A stretch of 64,000 nt of DNA from Perna viridis (taxonomy: Eukaryota), in assembly GCA_037379345.1 (NCBI GenBank), contig CM074522.1, positions 3,906,001 to 3,970,000 of the forward strand, written 5' to 3'. Made by a program: the position numbers and the translations under genes. The notes below the pieces were generated by a model. The model did not search any database, had not been told where the DNA came from, and saw only the letters and a program-made list of their open reading frames with translations. How positions within the stretch are numbered: the stretch's first letter is position 1; the number at the start of each line of letters is the position of its first letter. Shown in pieces: positions 1 to 14,800 of this stretch.

Positions 1-2981
1 GACACTTAAGCAACCATTCTAGAGGCCATCTTATACAGTCATGCATCTCTCCAAGCTCTCCACTGGCCAGGTAAGCATCCCTGTATTCCAGCAAGCCCCA
101 GGCGAGCAGAGTTGTTGATGCAGCCATAGGGAAACCAAATTTCACATTATCTCCCGCTGCATTGTTATGAAATATTCATATTTATTTTAAGTAAAAATAA
201 AACAATAATGATTAAAAAAAGATCAAACAGCCACGAAAAGAGTGCAATAAATGTTATCCAAAATAATAAATAATAATAAATAATAAATGTAATTGCCATG
301 ACAGTCAAAACTGTTCCTTATTTGACTTTAACACCAAAAAGAACAACAAATATTTAGGCCATTAAACAACTAACAGGCATCTAAATGACCCGACCATAAT
401 GATCTGAATTAAATAATATACGAACATGCTACTTAAACCGACATTATCATACCGGTTGGGTTGTCTATATGACGTATTCAGTATATCTCGTTATAACCTT
501 CACTGGAATATGTCGAACATTAAATAATGTACATGACTTGTATTTGCATAAGTTTGCAAAAAATGATTAGATATTACCGTGGCTGGTGTGATCGGAGACA
601 ATATTCAAGTGAAAATAAATTTTAACAAATGGCCTCAACCACTCAGTATTTCATTTAGCCCAATATTCCCTGTACATTACAATAACATTTAAACAAACAC
701 AAGTATCCCCATAGTTTAATGTACACGTACCGTCATACCACCCACCAGTCAAATCTTCACCATTTTGTCCGTGATCCTGTAATCCAGAATCTGCTCTCCA
801 TGGAATGGGATTATCTGGTGGTAGTTTGCCAGATCTTTGCGCAGCATAGAACAATATTGACTTCTCCAAGACTTCGTCATAGTTGTATTTAGTATGGTCC
901 GCTACAATTGAAGAGACGCGACTTACTATAAATCATTTTCCTTTTTTATACCAGCTACTTACCAAAAATGCAATATTTTTTTTATTGCATTCACTGGTAC
1001 TGTATCAACTTATAATATATTGTCATTACAGAACTGTTAATTCACATTTGTCAGTACAATAATTGAAATAAGTGCATTTTTAGATTTTAGCCGATGATTT
1101 TATTTAATAATTGTAGTAATGAGAAAAGTAATACATCCATACTTTTAAGAATTACAATGTGCATGATGCAATTTTTGCGAATCTAATTATGTTACATTTT
1201 GCAGTAAAAAAAAACAACTAAATCCGGGCTAAAGTACGTTTCCTTGCCTCTTAAGCTTTTGTACCTGTAGTCAACTTAAACATGCAGATACGATTTTTAA
1301 TGTAAACTAGAAAACTTCACATGTTGGGAAATTCAATGTCATTACAACATACTGTTTGGAACTGGGGGAACCGTAAATCCATCATCACCAAAATTCTTCA
1401 GAACAGCAGTTGCCGTTGGAGGACTACCTCCCGTAAATTTACCACCAATTTTGAAATCGAGTACACCTCCTGGATGCGCTATTGCAGTGTGCGGTTTGTT
1501 GACAAATGTCCATACCTTGTTGTCAGCGGAGTGGCTCACCTCATTTGCCATGTATTGCTGAATAGGAGACATGTATTTTGTTTGGTAATTAATTATACAT
1601 AGTGCAACATCAGCTACATGTACCTGCATATGTGCTCAGTATTAGCTTCATGAAATTACTAATTAAGTAGGACTCCACCTAAGGATCATGCAAAATGTGA
1701 TTCATGGGTAAAAAGGCTACATATTTTTATTTTTGATATTTTTGTATGAAATGTCATAGTAAACAGAAATTAACATGTGGTTTTTCATATAACCTGTGCT
1801 CTTAGGAGATAAAAATTATATAGAATGCACTGAAGATTTCACAATTAAGGGAGATAACTCTGTAAATGGCACTCAAATACAATAGAATGTACTGGATTTT
1901 CAATGTGGATTATCTCCTCAGAGCAGGCAGATTTGAATGACTAATCACACATTTCTTAGTACAGACCCATACAACAACCTAATTACAAAAATAAAAAATA
2001 TGTAGCCTTTTTTGGGTGTATCACATTTTTCAGATTTTGCATGATTCTTACAAAGACAGCTACTTAAAACGCTATTTTTATTGTATTTTATGACGATACT
2101 GTACACGTACTTCCGAACTAAAAGTCTTAGAACGCATGAACCTTGACGAATCACTTGAAGAATGACTTGTAAAATTAAAATACCTTAAAACTGACATTTT
2201 TAATCCTGATATTTCTTTTATAAACTTTTCTTTTGTTTTTATACCCCCACTGAAGGATAGGGTGGTTCATGTATATTGAAATTGCATTGGCCGTCCGGCT
2301 GAATTTCGTCGCAATTATGTCGGCCTCCTAACGGAAGGATTGATTTCATATTTGATTACAAGGCTTTATATGTATTGAGCCGGGTGAACACGTTGTGATC
2401 GATTTTGGATGCTGTCTAATTCCAACTTTCCATTTCTTAGGACTTTTCAATTTTTACACCATACAGAATGATAGAGAAAACTTTTGTCACAAAATTAAAT
2501 TTCGGCTCCAAATAAACGGATTGATTTCAAAATTGGTGTGTGGCTTAATAGTTGATAGCGCGTACGTTGTGAGTGATTTATTTGGTTGCGCTCCTATATT
2601 AACTTCCTGTACGAGTGGGGATGGGCCTGACATGAAAATGGAAGCTACTATATTTGTGTATATCTTGTTTCTTTGTAATTTGTTTTTTTTTATTTATTTC
2701 CTGAACATACGTATACAATTGAGACTCTTAAAATAGCATTTCATCAATCTGCACCCCCTCCCCCCAGTATGAGCAAAAGTAAACCAGCTTACAGTTATTC
2801 TTGGAATAGGTTGATCAAAGGTAATGATGGCCTCCCATCCATTCACCTCCTCCTGGAGGTTCCAGATGAGATGTGCCTCAAAGTTATCATCCCAGTCGTG
2901 CATCTTCGTAAGGGTTGTTGTCATGATTGAACCCATTGCAACCAATGGGAAGGCGAGTATGCCAATTATTTGTAGTATCAT
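1..2981 (-). CDS. Secreted endo-beta-1,4-glucanase (glycoside hydrolase family 9) with N-terminal CBM2-like domain; 5' part only, continues beyond position 1
   Basis: Phase-consistent GT-AG exons 2981-2793, 1557-1353, 901-731, 156-1. Signal peptide MILQIIGILAFPLVAMG, then a Trp-containing CBM2-like region (DWDDNFEAH..NGWEAIITFDQPI..VWTFVNKP), then GH9 motifs [47 protein letters not shown] (catalytic DAGD split by an intron) and RWPLEWLLKC. Confidence 0.93.
1663..2067. mobile_element. MITE, TTAA-flanked with GTAG..CTAC ends and subterminal inverted repeats, in GH9 intron 1
   Basis: TTAAGTAG..CTACTTAA; inverted ATCATGCAAAAT/ATTTTGCATGAT and AAAAGGCTACATATTTTTATTTTT. A second copy lies at 23738-24136. 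Confidence 0.75.
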
Positions 2982-4799
2982 GGCTTGCAAAATTAAAATG
3001 CACAATATTGATAATAACACACAGTGTGCAGTATTTTTTGACATTATACCAACATAAAGAGTTGGGCTGAAATGTAGAAATGCAAGCCGAATTTGTATAC
3101 TAGTACATGATTTGTATTAAAGTCACAGACAATGATTAAGTTGCAAAATGCTCACATTGTAATAAGTTATAACTGACTACTAGTCAAAGTGGTTAAGTCA
3201 TTGATTTCAATTTGGCTCTCTCTTACAAGTTTTAATCACATCACTATCCTGGGAGTGCGTTTACATTACTTATTTTTTTTATTAAAGTTTGGATGCCCAT
3301 GTCTGGAGCGGTAAGGTTTGTTTTATCCTCAACCGGAAGTTGATTTTTTTTCTAATAATAGCACACTTCAATAAGTTAATGATTTTGCTCAAGTATCTAT
3401 CGTGGATTGTCATGACTTTTAAAAAAATATATTTTGAGTTAAATTTAATACATAATTAGATAAAATGCTCTTAAATATGTCCTTATTGTATATTCGAGTG
3501 TCCTTACGCAGGTCAGGCTAAAACAAATGTTAATATTTTCGATTATTATTATCGTTCTGATACCGTTGATTATAATAATTTTGTTATCGGAGCCTTTCAG
3601 CGCTTACTTGAATGTGTGTTTACACTTGTTGAACTCTGTAAGTATGTACTATTTTGGTAAAGGTTGTACGATGGTGCATTTGTTGCGGTTCACCATAATT
3701 ATCCGTTCCCTTTTCTATAACTATTTATCAATTAAATGAGTATATAAATCCACGTTGATTTCAGAAAGACTATAGCAACTTCATTATTACACGACCTTTT
3801 CCTGGCTATTTCAAAATAAACAAAATGTTCTTATCGGGTATAAATAACCTTACAATGTTCCAGTATATAAAATGGGAAACAGATCCTAAGATTCGTGTAT
3901 AAGAAGAATGTGTTAAATAATACGTCTTCAGAAAATATAAAAGATGGATATCAAAATTAAATCTAAAATGAAGTATATATAATTTAAAAATCTGTACCTA
4001 AACAAATATTCTGCTCAGGTCATAGGAATCCCGGGTCGTCTTTGATTTTGAACTTTGTACAACTTCATGTAAGGGGCCTTGGGTTCTTCTTATACAAGTT
4101 GACCCCAAGATAAGAAAGTAAGACATTTTGTTTTGGAAACAGTACATCTGATCTCCGGTTACTTAATTGGGAAATCTCCGCTTTCCAATATCAATATTCA
4201 TTCGGAATAGCAATTACATTGACGAGACTTACTCGTAATAGAAGGACATAGGCGGATCCCGGGGGTGGGGTTGGGTGCTTACTGCTCCCCCTGCTAAAAA
4301 TTTTGGTATATTTTATATCACAGGAAATCATCCTTTTTTTACTCAACAATAGAAAATCATATAGATAATGATTTAATGTACATGTATATGTTTTCCAGGT
4401 TACTTAACAAGAAAGATTTAAAAACTAACATATTGATTTCGGTTGCTGCTGAACTAATAAAAAAAGGGCTTCCCTGAAAACAAAATTCTTACCCAACATC
4501 AAATCCCAGGTACCCTTCAGGATAAAAATGGCCGGTGCCTTTCTTGTCATGTCATAATTTTTAAACAAATGATGAACGATTTAAATATGACAGAATAAAT
4601 AAACCATTTGCAAGCCCCTTTTGGATTATATTTGGATAAGACTGGTTTTTCAGTTTTACCAGTGTTCAAAATACATGTACACTGTTATTAAGGAACTTTA
4701 AAAATGTCTGGTTCTGACAGGTTTTCGGATTATTAAGGTTTTGGTTTAGATAGGTTTTACTCTATCAAGAATACATCGTTCACTTCTGTTGCTTACTGC

Positions 4800-4806
4800 T
4801 ATAAAA
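4800..4806 (+). promoter_or_regulatory. Candidate TATA box (TATAAAA) for the beta-helix gene, in the divergent intergenic region
   Basis: CTATAAAATAGG about 0.83 kb upstream of the predicted ATG. This would require a 5' UTR exon; the motif is common in AT-rich DNA. Confidence 0.25.
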
Positions 4807-5634
4807 TAGGAAGTGACTCGATATTGTGACTTTTATTTCCGGTTAAATAAGTGGTCGTTTCTGAAGTCATGCTCCAGATGTTGTTACCTCTTATTTCTAG
4901 ATTCATAATTTAGACTTTTAGTGACCAAAGCCATGGCCTTCATTATAAATCTAACGTTACGATTAAGAAAATAATTCATCACTTAATGTTTTAAGACATT
5001 CAAGTGTTAAGCCGTGTTAATTTAGTATTTCTATTGCAAAAATGTTTCCAGTAAAAGTATATTTTGTCTGTAGTCTTGTTCTGGCACGCATTCTTTTTTC
5101 GGATAATGATCTTTAACTGCAGGTCTGCGTTGTCTGACTGATTTTTTTGTCGGTTGAATTCATGTCTTATCTTGGTGAAACTATTTTATTTTGAATCGAA
5201 TCTAAAACATGGACAGTTACATATAGGAACGGACAAAATGAAACGAAACCTTTTAAAATTGCATGTACACGTAAGTGTGAGATCCTCTGGATTCAACGTC
5301 AAATCTGAAATACAAGTTGATTAAACACTTTTTCTCATTTTGGTTACAGTTTACGACCTTTATTATAGAAACAAAAAATAAGTTTTATTGATGTCATGTA
5401 TAATTTTGTCTTCTGTCACATGTTAGTACTGTTTGGTTTATGTGTGGGATAGAAAAAACAAACCTTTAATTTCAATAACAAGTAGCATCGAATTACTGGA
5501 TACTATCAAATATCTTAATTTAGTACACATTCTTGCAGTCCGTTCCATCCCATTTGAAAGTAAATACCAAATATGTATGCAATATTTGAAATGCCTTGAC
5601 ACAAAAGTTATTTCCTCTACATTACATGTGTACT

Positions 5635-8600
5635 ATGATACTTGTACACGCAGCTTACTTTCTAGTTTTGTTCCATTTGAGCAATCACTTTCTGATCCCC
5701 GAGCTCCAAAATGTGCATATCTATGTTAGTCCGTCCGGATCTGATAGCTTTACCGGGTAAGGAAATTATAATGAAGTTTATTAAAAACAAGATTATTCTT
5801 CATGATTTTGCTGATATATTATTTTTTTTTTTACAATGTTTCGACTGCATATTTACAGTTGGTTCTATTTTCTTTTATAATTGGCATCAAATAGCAAAAA
5901 TAGAAATAAAAAAAACTAGAAAAAATTGTGAATAATCCTTACTGAGGGATATGTCCCGCTCTTTACCCCAGTCCCAAGGACCCTTACCCCAGTCCCAGGT
6001 AATATAAACTCAAACTGTATGTTTATGTCGCTTCAAATCGAAATAGAATCTTTGGTATTAAGTAATATAAAGCTTCTATTTAATTATCAAGTGGTTGTTA
6101 TAAGTAGTTGCACATAAAACTTTAACGAAAACGATTTGGACGGACAAACGGGTGGAGAGAGGGATATAATTCAAGTAATTCAATGAAAATATCTTACTTG
6201 CAGCACAAATATACATCAACCTTTGAAAACCTTGCACAAAGCCATTCAGAGGGTGTCTGATGCTGATATTCAAAATAAAAGTAAGTCAAGATTAATGACA
6301 TCAAAATTAATTAAGTTAATTATGTTAAGCTGCTTAACAAGTGCTACATGAGCTTGAAGAAAGTTTTTTTTTCTATAAACGATTCATACAGTCAGTAAAA
6401 TACGTTTTGTTTGAGTTCACTTTAAAAAGATTCTCTTGTTGAATGAAGCACACAATTTTAATAAAGTCCTGATACAAATTGAAGATTATGCATCTTACCA
6501 TACTAAAAAACAAAAACAAATAAAAATGAACAAACACCAAAAGACTAAGACATTTGACAACGAAAACTACGGAATTCTGCGAATTATCACGGTAATGAAA
6601 ACTATTCATTGGATACATGAAAGTTGTTTTTGTTTAAATAAAGACGTATGGATTGAACTGATGGAAGGCTACCATGACCTTGGTTCGACTTTGGTTATTA
6701 ATCACAGAAATGACTACAGACGTATCACTATCAGATCGTATCAAAACCAGAAAGTCCATGTTGTAAGTATTATCAAGGTTATAGACATCCCGAAAGGCGA
6801 TATGTATTGTTTTTTTATACTGTACTTAACCTTTTAACGACTTCTTGCACTCGTAATTTCTGTACTTAATATTCGCCTATGATTTGCATAAATATGTAGT
6901 TATACGCCACGTAATGCTGCAGATCATCGCCGTGTTTCCCGCCATAGCGTCATAGTTCTAACTTCATACGAGATAAAAATGTACTTCTTAAGTATCATAC
7001 ACGTGTGTTCTGCGTGTGATTCTTGCTTTCAGGTACTGGGAGTCGTTAAAAACTACCTACATGTATATAGATCATTTACATTAGCACGGCCCCGATATTT
7101 ACGAATATTCATTGCTGGTTGCTTAATATGGTTCCTAAACTGGTTCACTGATCAATATCATAAGCGACCCCAAAGATCGCTACAACGTACCTCTTTTAAA
7201 ACATATCACACACAATTGTGTCTATGCTTTTTTTTTGTTTTTTTTTGTTTTTATTTTTTTGTTTGTTTTTTTGTTGTTGTTGTATTAGAACGTGAAGTTT
7301 ACATCAAAAGATAAAATGATCGGTTAGCATTGGATTTATGTAATATTAACCAGTTTCCGATTCAGACACAGGATTTCGTTACAATTAACTATAAAGGTCA
7401 TATATATTATCAGGACCTCGATATCTATATATAGCTATTTTCAGCTGTTTAATCTTGTTCCGGATGATTGAAAACATTCGGTTCATCACGTTACGAAAGA
7501 GTACGCAATCATATCAAGGGAAACAAGATTTTAGCAGAAGTTACCCGATTTTAGAGCGTATCGCATTTGTACCATTTCGGATGTTGAAAGCTAAACCAAA
7601 ATCAGTGACAGTGAATATTTGGCAAATAGCGACTTTGAAGACTTCAGTCTTTGATTTATCTTTGGTAATGAGAACAAACGTAGAAAACTTTGATATCTAA
7701 GTTTGATACATTTAAAAAAAAAAATTTCTACGGCCACGCCGCAAATAAAATATGGATTCTCATTAAGAATATTAAAAATATTTCTAAACTTTTCTATAAC
7801 AAGTCAATATCCTTTTATTGTCAATACAATTAAACTACGTGTCGTCATGAAACGATATTCCTACACAAAATATTGTACGCGGATGTGAATCGTGTAATTC
7901 TTGATTATGTTGCAGACTGGAGGAAGGCGAATTCCATCAAACCTGTTTCGACGAGTTTCTGATCAAGCTATACTCAACAAACTTTCGAGTTTAGGAAGAA
8001 ATCATGTATGTTTTTTGTAATTATACTTGTTTAAACAATTTTAAGGGATTGTCGTTCGAAACGAAAATTGACATATGATAAGTCAATGTGGCAATTGTTA
8101 AAATTAAACAGGAGATGATTCATGCATGTCAAAAACACACCAAACAATTCTATTTCGGAAACGTTACAGACCACGTGCATTGTAATCACTCTTAGTTTGT
8201 ATTGAGATAAAAAGATATATAGAGTGTGTGTGTGCAAGACTTAATGTTCTTGATTTGTATTTTATATTGTTTGATACTTTAATTTAATACATATCGTTTG
8301 AAATGTTTAAAACATTGAAGTTTTTTAATCATTTAGTACATTTAATAACACAACCAATAAAAAATGAGAAAATTCGAAGATGGGTTAAATGGCCACAGCG
8401 CCGAAATATAAATGTTTGCGTGGACAGAATATGGCAAGATGATTTTGCAAACCATCGAACAAGTATATGACAAGTCCGTGCTATCTAGATCCTGACATTT
8501 CGATTTTAATGTATCTAACAAAGTCTGAGTAAATGTACAAATATTAATTGGTAAAATGCGTTTTTCTTGTAGATCTTGCAAGTAAACTTAACAGAGGCTG

Positions 8601-8831
8601 GAATAACAGATCTTGGTAAACTGGTACCATATGGGAAGTACATCTTACGACAGGCTCCACTGGAAATATTTGAAAATGGATTTCCCTTGACACTATCACG
8701 ATGGCCAAATTATGTCAGTTTATATTAGTATACTGTAAAATTAGAAAACAGGGTTTAAATAAAGCGAATCCTTAGATATCATGCCATGTTTACTGTACAA
8801 GTTTAAAGTATTGCTTTGAAGAAAACAACAA

Positions 8832-8864
<33 letters not shown>

Positions 8865-11800
8865 AATGCAAGACTATGTACGTAATTTTATACGATTATA
8901 CCTGCTTTCATTATCTGTGGTGGTACAACTTTTACGTCAAGAATGTATCACCGCTTTTCAGATAGTCAGCATCATACTTGTAAGGCAAGTCATAAGCATG
9001 GTTCAATCTGCTGTAATTCAAAGTAAATCGTCCAGTTTTGTACGTATCATATTCAATTCTTTCAATGCATCCCTTTACAACACATTGGTAGGTCCAGTGA
9101 TTTGCTCCGGGGATCAGGCCCCTATTGTTGAAAATCTTTTTTTTTTATTTTCGAGCAATTGTGGTAATATTTTGTCATTGGTTAGAACACGCCTTTTTTC
9201 TGGTACCTAAATCTTTTGCTCATCAATATCTCATTATTTCAGGGCTTCATCAACATAACCAATGTTCCATCAGGGGAAAGATATAGTACGGTGTTCCAAT
9301 ATAACAGTGATAGACCAAATAGATGGTCTAATCAATCAGATATATGGGTGTACGGTTACTGGTATGGACATAAGTGTAGTTTGTAAACATTATAGAAATA
9401 TTAGATACATGCTGTAATTTTGCTATTCAGTGACTTTGTTTATACTGTCTTAAGGCATAGCATACTGTATCCCAAATAACAATTGCAAAATGTACTTCTG
9501 TTTTACTGTATGATATTTCTCTCTTCCGTTTGGATCAGGAGCAAAGGGTAGCTGGTCTATTGTACATCAATATATTTGGATAAGTTTTACAAATACCAGA
9601 TAAAAAAGTTTTATTTTAGGAGGCAATTAAATTTTAACGTTCTCTATATTGATAATTATATGTGCTACGCCTGGTAGTCGATTCGTCAACAGACATTTTC
9701 GGTAATATCATGATGTCACAGTAGTTAAGAAAGAGCTTTGAAATAATATGTGCGTTACACAGTGAATGCATAAGCAGATGATTAGATTTAAGTCTGACTT
9801 ATATCCATGAATAGTTTATTGTCGTGATGAAACGATTTTTTTTTCAGTTGTATTAAATTCTCAATTATTTTACTAGGTATCAAAGCTGGGCGGATAAGGC
9901 TGTTCCAGTAAAATCATTAGACCCACAGACGAAAACAATATCTCTTGCACAACCTACTCATTTTGGACTACGTGCTGGTATGTTTACACCTAATGTGCGG
10001 TTAAATAGCAATCCACTTTAGACTTATGCAGAATGTGATTCATGAATGGAATGCACTCATTTTACTCTTAATTTGTAAATACATCTTATTCACTTTTAAT
10101 ATCTTTTTAACTGGACGATTTCTTATGCAAAACAAATGCTTAATGCATAAATGCAATATTATATGCCTCAAATTACATGTGTACGTCGAAAACAATATGT
10201 GATATTTTTAAGAACGAATTAAATAAATTTAAGAAATTTGAAATAAGAATGATTTTTGATATTGTCAGCATCAAAATCGAAAGTAATTATTATTCTGTTA
10301 ATCGATTTCTCATACAAGTCGTATTTCTAACCAGAGAATGATCAAAATCACTCAGAGAAGCATATATTTAGATTTGTATTAAAATCGGTATCATTCTATT
10401 TCAAATTGCTATAATTCTAATTTTTCATGATATTTAGGCGGATAGGTACACATGTTCTTTACCATTTATTCAATTACACGGGACCGATGGTGGTTGGAAA
10501 TTTAATATACCTCTCCGATGTCTAGATCAATACCATTGTCTTTGACGACTTTTCAAACAAAATTTCGCTTCTTCATCCGTTATCTCAAAACAATAATTTA
10601 AGTAAAATATTTGTGATATACATGTGCATTACATCTCGATGATGCATGGACAGTTTTAACGGTTAAAATCTATACAGATTCGCAAAGATACAAGGTCTTT
10701 TATTCATTAGAGAACTAAATATTCCGCTTTTACAAATTCTTTATATTTTCTTTAGGACAAACCCATCCAGGCGGGGGATATTTCAGATTCATTAATGTCT
10801 TAGATGAAATAGACGAACCAGTAAGGACAGTGCTTGTTACTATTATTAGCTCACCTGACCTAATGTGCCATATGAGCTATTGCCATCACTTGGCGTCCGT
10901 CGTCGTAAACAATTTTTCAAATATCTTCTTCACAACTTAACCAATTAGAACCAAACGTAGTATGAATGTTCCTTAAGGTTTGGGAATTTTGATCCGTTGA
11001 AGAACATGGCTGCCATTACAGAAAAAAAACGAACATAGGGGTCAGACATAAGTTAAACACATACTTGTATATCTCCAAAACCGTTAGGTGTAGTCAAATT
11101 CAGGCACATGTAAAAATATACTGCATGATGAAATCTATCTGTGGTCAAATTTTTGTGTTAATCTGTAAAGCCATGTTGGATTTCATGCCCTTTTTCAACA
11201 TTTTTCGCTATTTTTGGTGTTTCTTTCAAAAATCTTTTCTAATAAGAACCAAACTTGGTGTGAATTTTCCTGGAGTGTTATGCATAGAAATGATGTAGGA
11301 TTTCGGATCCGTTACTAAAAATACAAGATAGGGGTCAGACAGACGTTTCTCACATATATTTCAAAAACCTTAGCCAAATTCTGACAGAGTAAAATGTACA
11401 ACACGGTGAGATCTATCAGTCATCTAATCGTCATGTAAATCCGTTAAACCATGTAAAAATTGGAGTTATTGCCCTTTTTCGCATTTTTTCGCTGTTTTTA
11501 ATGTTATTTCATTTTAAAATCCTCTCCTCTGATACATGTACCAGACCAGTTAGAACCAGATTTGGTATTAATTTTCCTTAGGGCATTCTTCATAGAACTA
11601 AGGTGCCGATTTTTTTATATCTTATCTCATGATTGTCGTTGTTAAAAATAAAACATGGGGACATACACAAGTTTTTTTGCGCATATATCTCCAAATTTTG
11701 TCTTCGGAAGGAGGCTGTTCTTGTTCATTATTTCCTTTACACACACTGATTACAAATGCTATGAATTCAGTTAAATCCAAATCATCGGTTTTTAAAGAAG

Positions 11801-14800
11801 ACAACACTAAGCACAGAATAAATCAATGCATTCAATGTTAAACATAATATGAAAAGAGATATGGTTTAATGACATTCACCCATCCTTTGTCTACTGGCAG
11901 TCATAGTTTGTTCAAATGCAATGCTGTGTATTTTAGAAGAGAATATTTTGGTCTATTTCATTTTTACTGATTTACAGGGGGAATATTTTATCGACAGACA
12001 GACAAGTATACTTTACCTTTGGCCAGCTTTCTCTAAAGGATTCTTCTCCAGCAATGATTATATCTATGGTTCAGTGATTGATACCTGTATACAGTAAGTA
12101 TATGTATACGTAAACCTCTACTCGGGGAGCGTATTTCACCGACAGACGGACAGACATGAAACCTCGCCCAAATGATTGATACCTATGCATATACACAGTA
12201 GATAATTGCAATGTATGTTTACGTTAAACTGGGCTGATTCAGATTGCAGTACAAATTTTAACTGCGAATATTATTCAGACTGTGGAGATAACTGATAAAA
12301 ACATTGAAAATATAACCCGATGAAATAATCATTGAATACATGAATCATGATATACAAAACAATATCTACTTAATGAAAGCATATACTTGTAAAGCGCAAT
12401 ATACTGTGACAATGAAAGTTTTGTTGTAATAAGAGGTCACTAGTCATACCTGGATAGAATACAATTATATCCATAAGTGCGATGTGTTATCATGTTCTTG
12501 CTAAATGTATATTTTTGTGTTTTCATGTCCATATTACGTATTTTGTCCAGGCTTACGAGATGTACATGCAATGTTGTGTTCGAAAATTTTATTTTGGAGG
12601 CCTGCAGACATTTTGGTATTCAAGCTCAAGATGCCGTTAACATTACTATTAATAGTATGGAAATTCGTAATACAGGTACATGTAGATTCTGGAATATAGT
12701 TTTTTAGACTACCGCCTTAATATAGGATGCATCTATTACTTTAGATTCTCTTTCAATATTTTAGACCCATTTTTCTTATATTGTTTGTTTGTTTGTTGGG
12801 GCTTAACGTCCGAGCAGCAATATTTCAACTATATTCAGACGATGAACATGAAATTGATGATAAAATGAACATGAAATGATGATGAAATGAAAAAGGGATG
12901 GGACACAAGGACAATGGGGTCGACAAATTTTGATTGCCACTGGCAATAGCGAGAGGTGGGTAGGGTCGGGCAATTTAGCCTCCTGTGGCGGAGCCCTATG
13001 GTTCCTACTCCGGGAGAATACCACAGTAGGGTTCTTTAACGTGCACGGAACGTGGCATCTTTCCCAACACGGTGCACCACTATGGTTTGCGGTCAGGTTT
13101 TCCGTATTATAGCCAGACAACCTCAGCATGTAACACGCCAGGGGTACCCCATTCCACCACCTGGGGCACACCTCCCAGTTGCTCTGTGGTCGAATTGATA
13201 ATACAATTTTGCAATTATACTACTAAAGTAGGAAACTTAGTTAACAAATTATTAGAAGACATTCCACGTTGGTTTGATAGAATTTATTTTGATTTCGATC
13301 TCCCTGTGTATTTGGTTTCAATCCTGCAATTTAGAGGTTACTCCTATGAAACACGTGTACCGGAATTTTGTAATTTTTCTCTGGGTGGTACTTTGTATTT
13401 TGATCTGCAACGTTGATTTTATTTAGGATGCCTTAAAATATGCGCTGAAAATTCGAAATCTAACGAATTTGTACATGGATCAAAAATGTATTTTCAATCG
13501 TTTTCTTTCCAGGGTCATACAATATCTATTGTAGAAAAGACTGTAGAAACTTTGCTGTAACCAAGAGTTATCTTCATGATGGCGACGGTGGTATAACTCT
13601 TCAAGGTAAACATTATAACTACATAAAACGGATGCTCTGACTTGCTGTTCGTTCGTCCGTCCCCAGCTCTTATTCATAACTCCTCTGAACAGCAAAATTG
13701 AATTTGATGAAAGAGCAATCAAGGGAACTAAGGTTCTAGTGGAAATCAAAAGAATGTAACCCAGGAACAAAGACCAAACATGGAAAACAGACATACAAAA
13801 CAAAGAACATTTAGTAATGAAACTTTCGTATATTGTGTACTTTCTATTTATTTCCACCTGAATGATTTTAAGAGATTTTCTATATGGCTTCTGGAGAAGA
13901 GTAAGGAGAGTATCACGTACATGTAATGGTCTTTGCTCACATTTTTTTCAGTCTTTCTAAAATCATGATAAATTTTTTTTGTAACCAATACATTTTGGAA
14001 AGCCCGTGAGACACCTCTCAAGTGTAATCATTTTTTTTACATTTCCTTCTTCATAAATGACAAATCTGATATATACAATTCACTAGTTATTTCATTTGAA
14101 TGGGAGTGATATACTATTTGCAGGAGGTGATCGACCGACTCTTATGTCATCCCATAATGTCATATTTGACAACGAAATTTCCTTCTTTAGTCGTGTGACG
14201 TCATCAGATGCTAACGCTATCACATTAGACGGTGTTGGTGGGCAGATTCAGCACAATATTATATATAGAGGACAATATACTGCTATACGGTGGACAGTAA
14301 GGAAACTAAACCCTTTTTGGGGCTTTAAAAACAGGATTTCAGTTCACAAGGTTCAAAGTATATTTAAACTGGAGTAAGAAAATTTTTTAATTGTCCGTTT
14401 CAGATAGTTTCTGCGATTCTTCCGGATTCGGTTTAGACATTTTTCAGTGAAAAATAAATATTGTAATGTGCAATACAAAATGAAAACATATATTTTGAAA
14501 TTATGATATGCTGCTTGTTTCAATAAAATTAGGAGGGGAGGATTGTCATGCAGTACCCATAATGCATATGAAATGAAACAAAACATGATAAAATCAATCA
14601 CTTATGAGATTAGTCTGTCAAATATTTGAGGAACTAAATGTTATAATACTAATATCATTTGGTATCCTTGCAGGGAAACAACCACAAGATACAGTACAAT
14701 AATGTGTTTGAGATATGTATGAACTCCAGTGACTGTGGTGCCATACATTCTGGGAGAGACTGGACTGCAGTAAGTTTCTAACATTTTATATTCATAGTAT

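Noticed and set aside
5123-5575. Possible upstream coding exons of the beta-helix gene
   Set aside because: In-frame stops; an ATG at 5635 already gives a signal-like peptide. They may be 5' UTR exons.
7033-7314. Candidate extra exon of the beta-helix gene
   Set aside because: The 6762-to-7916 junction already gives the expected VHVTGG motif; this ORF runs into a poly-T tract with no homology.
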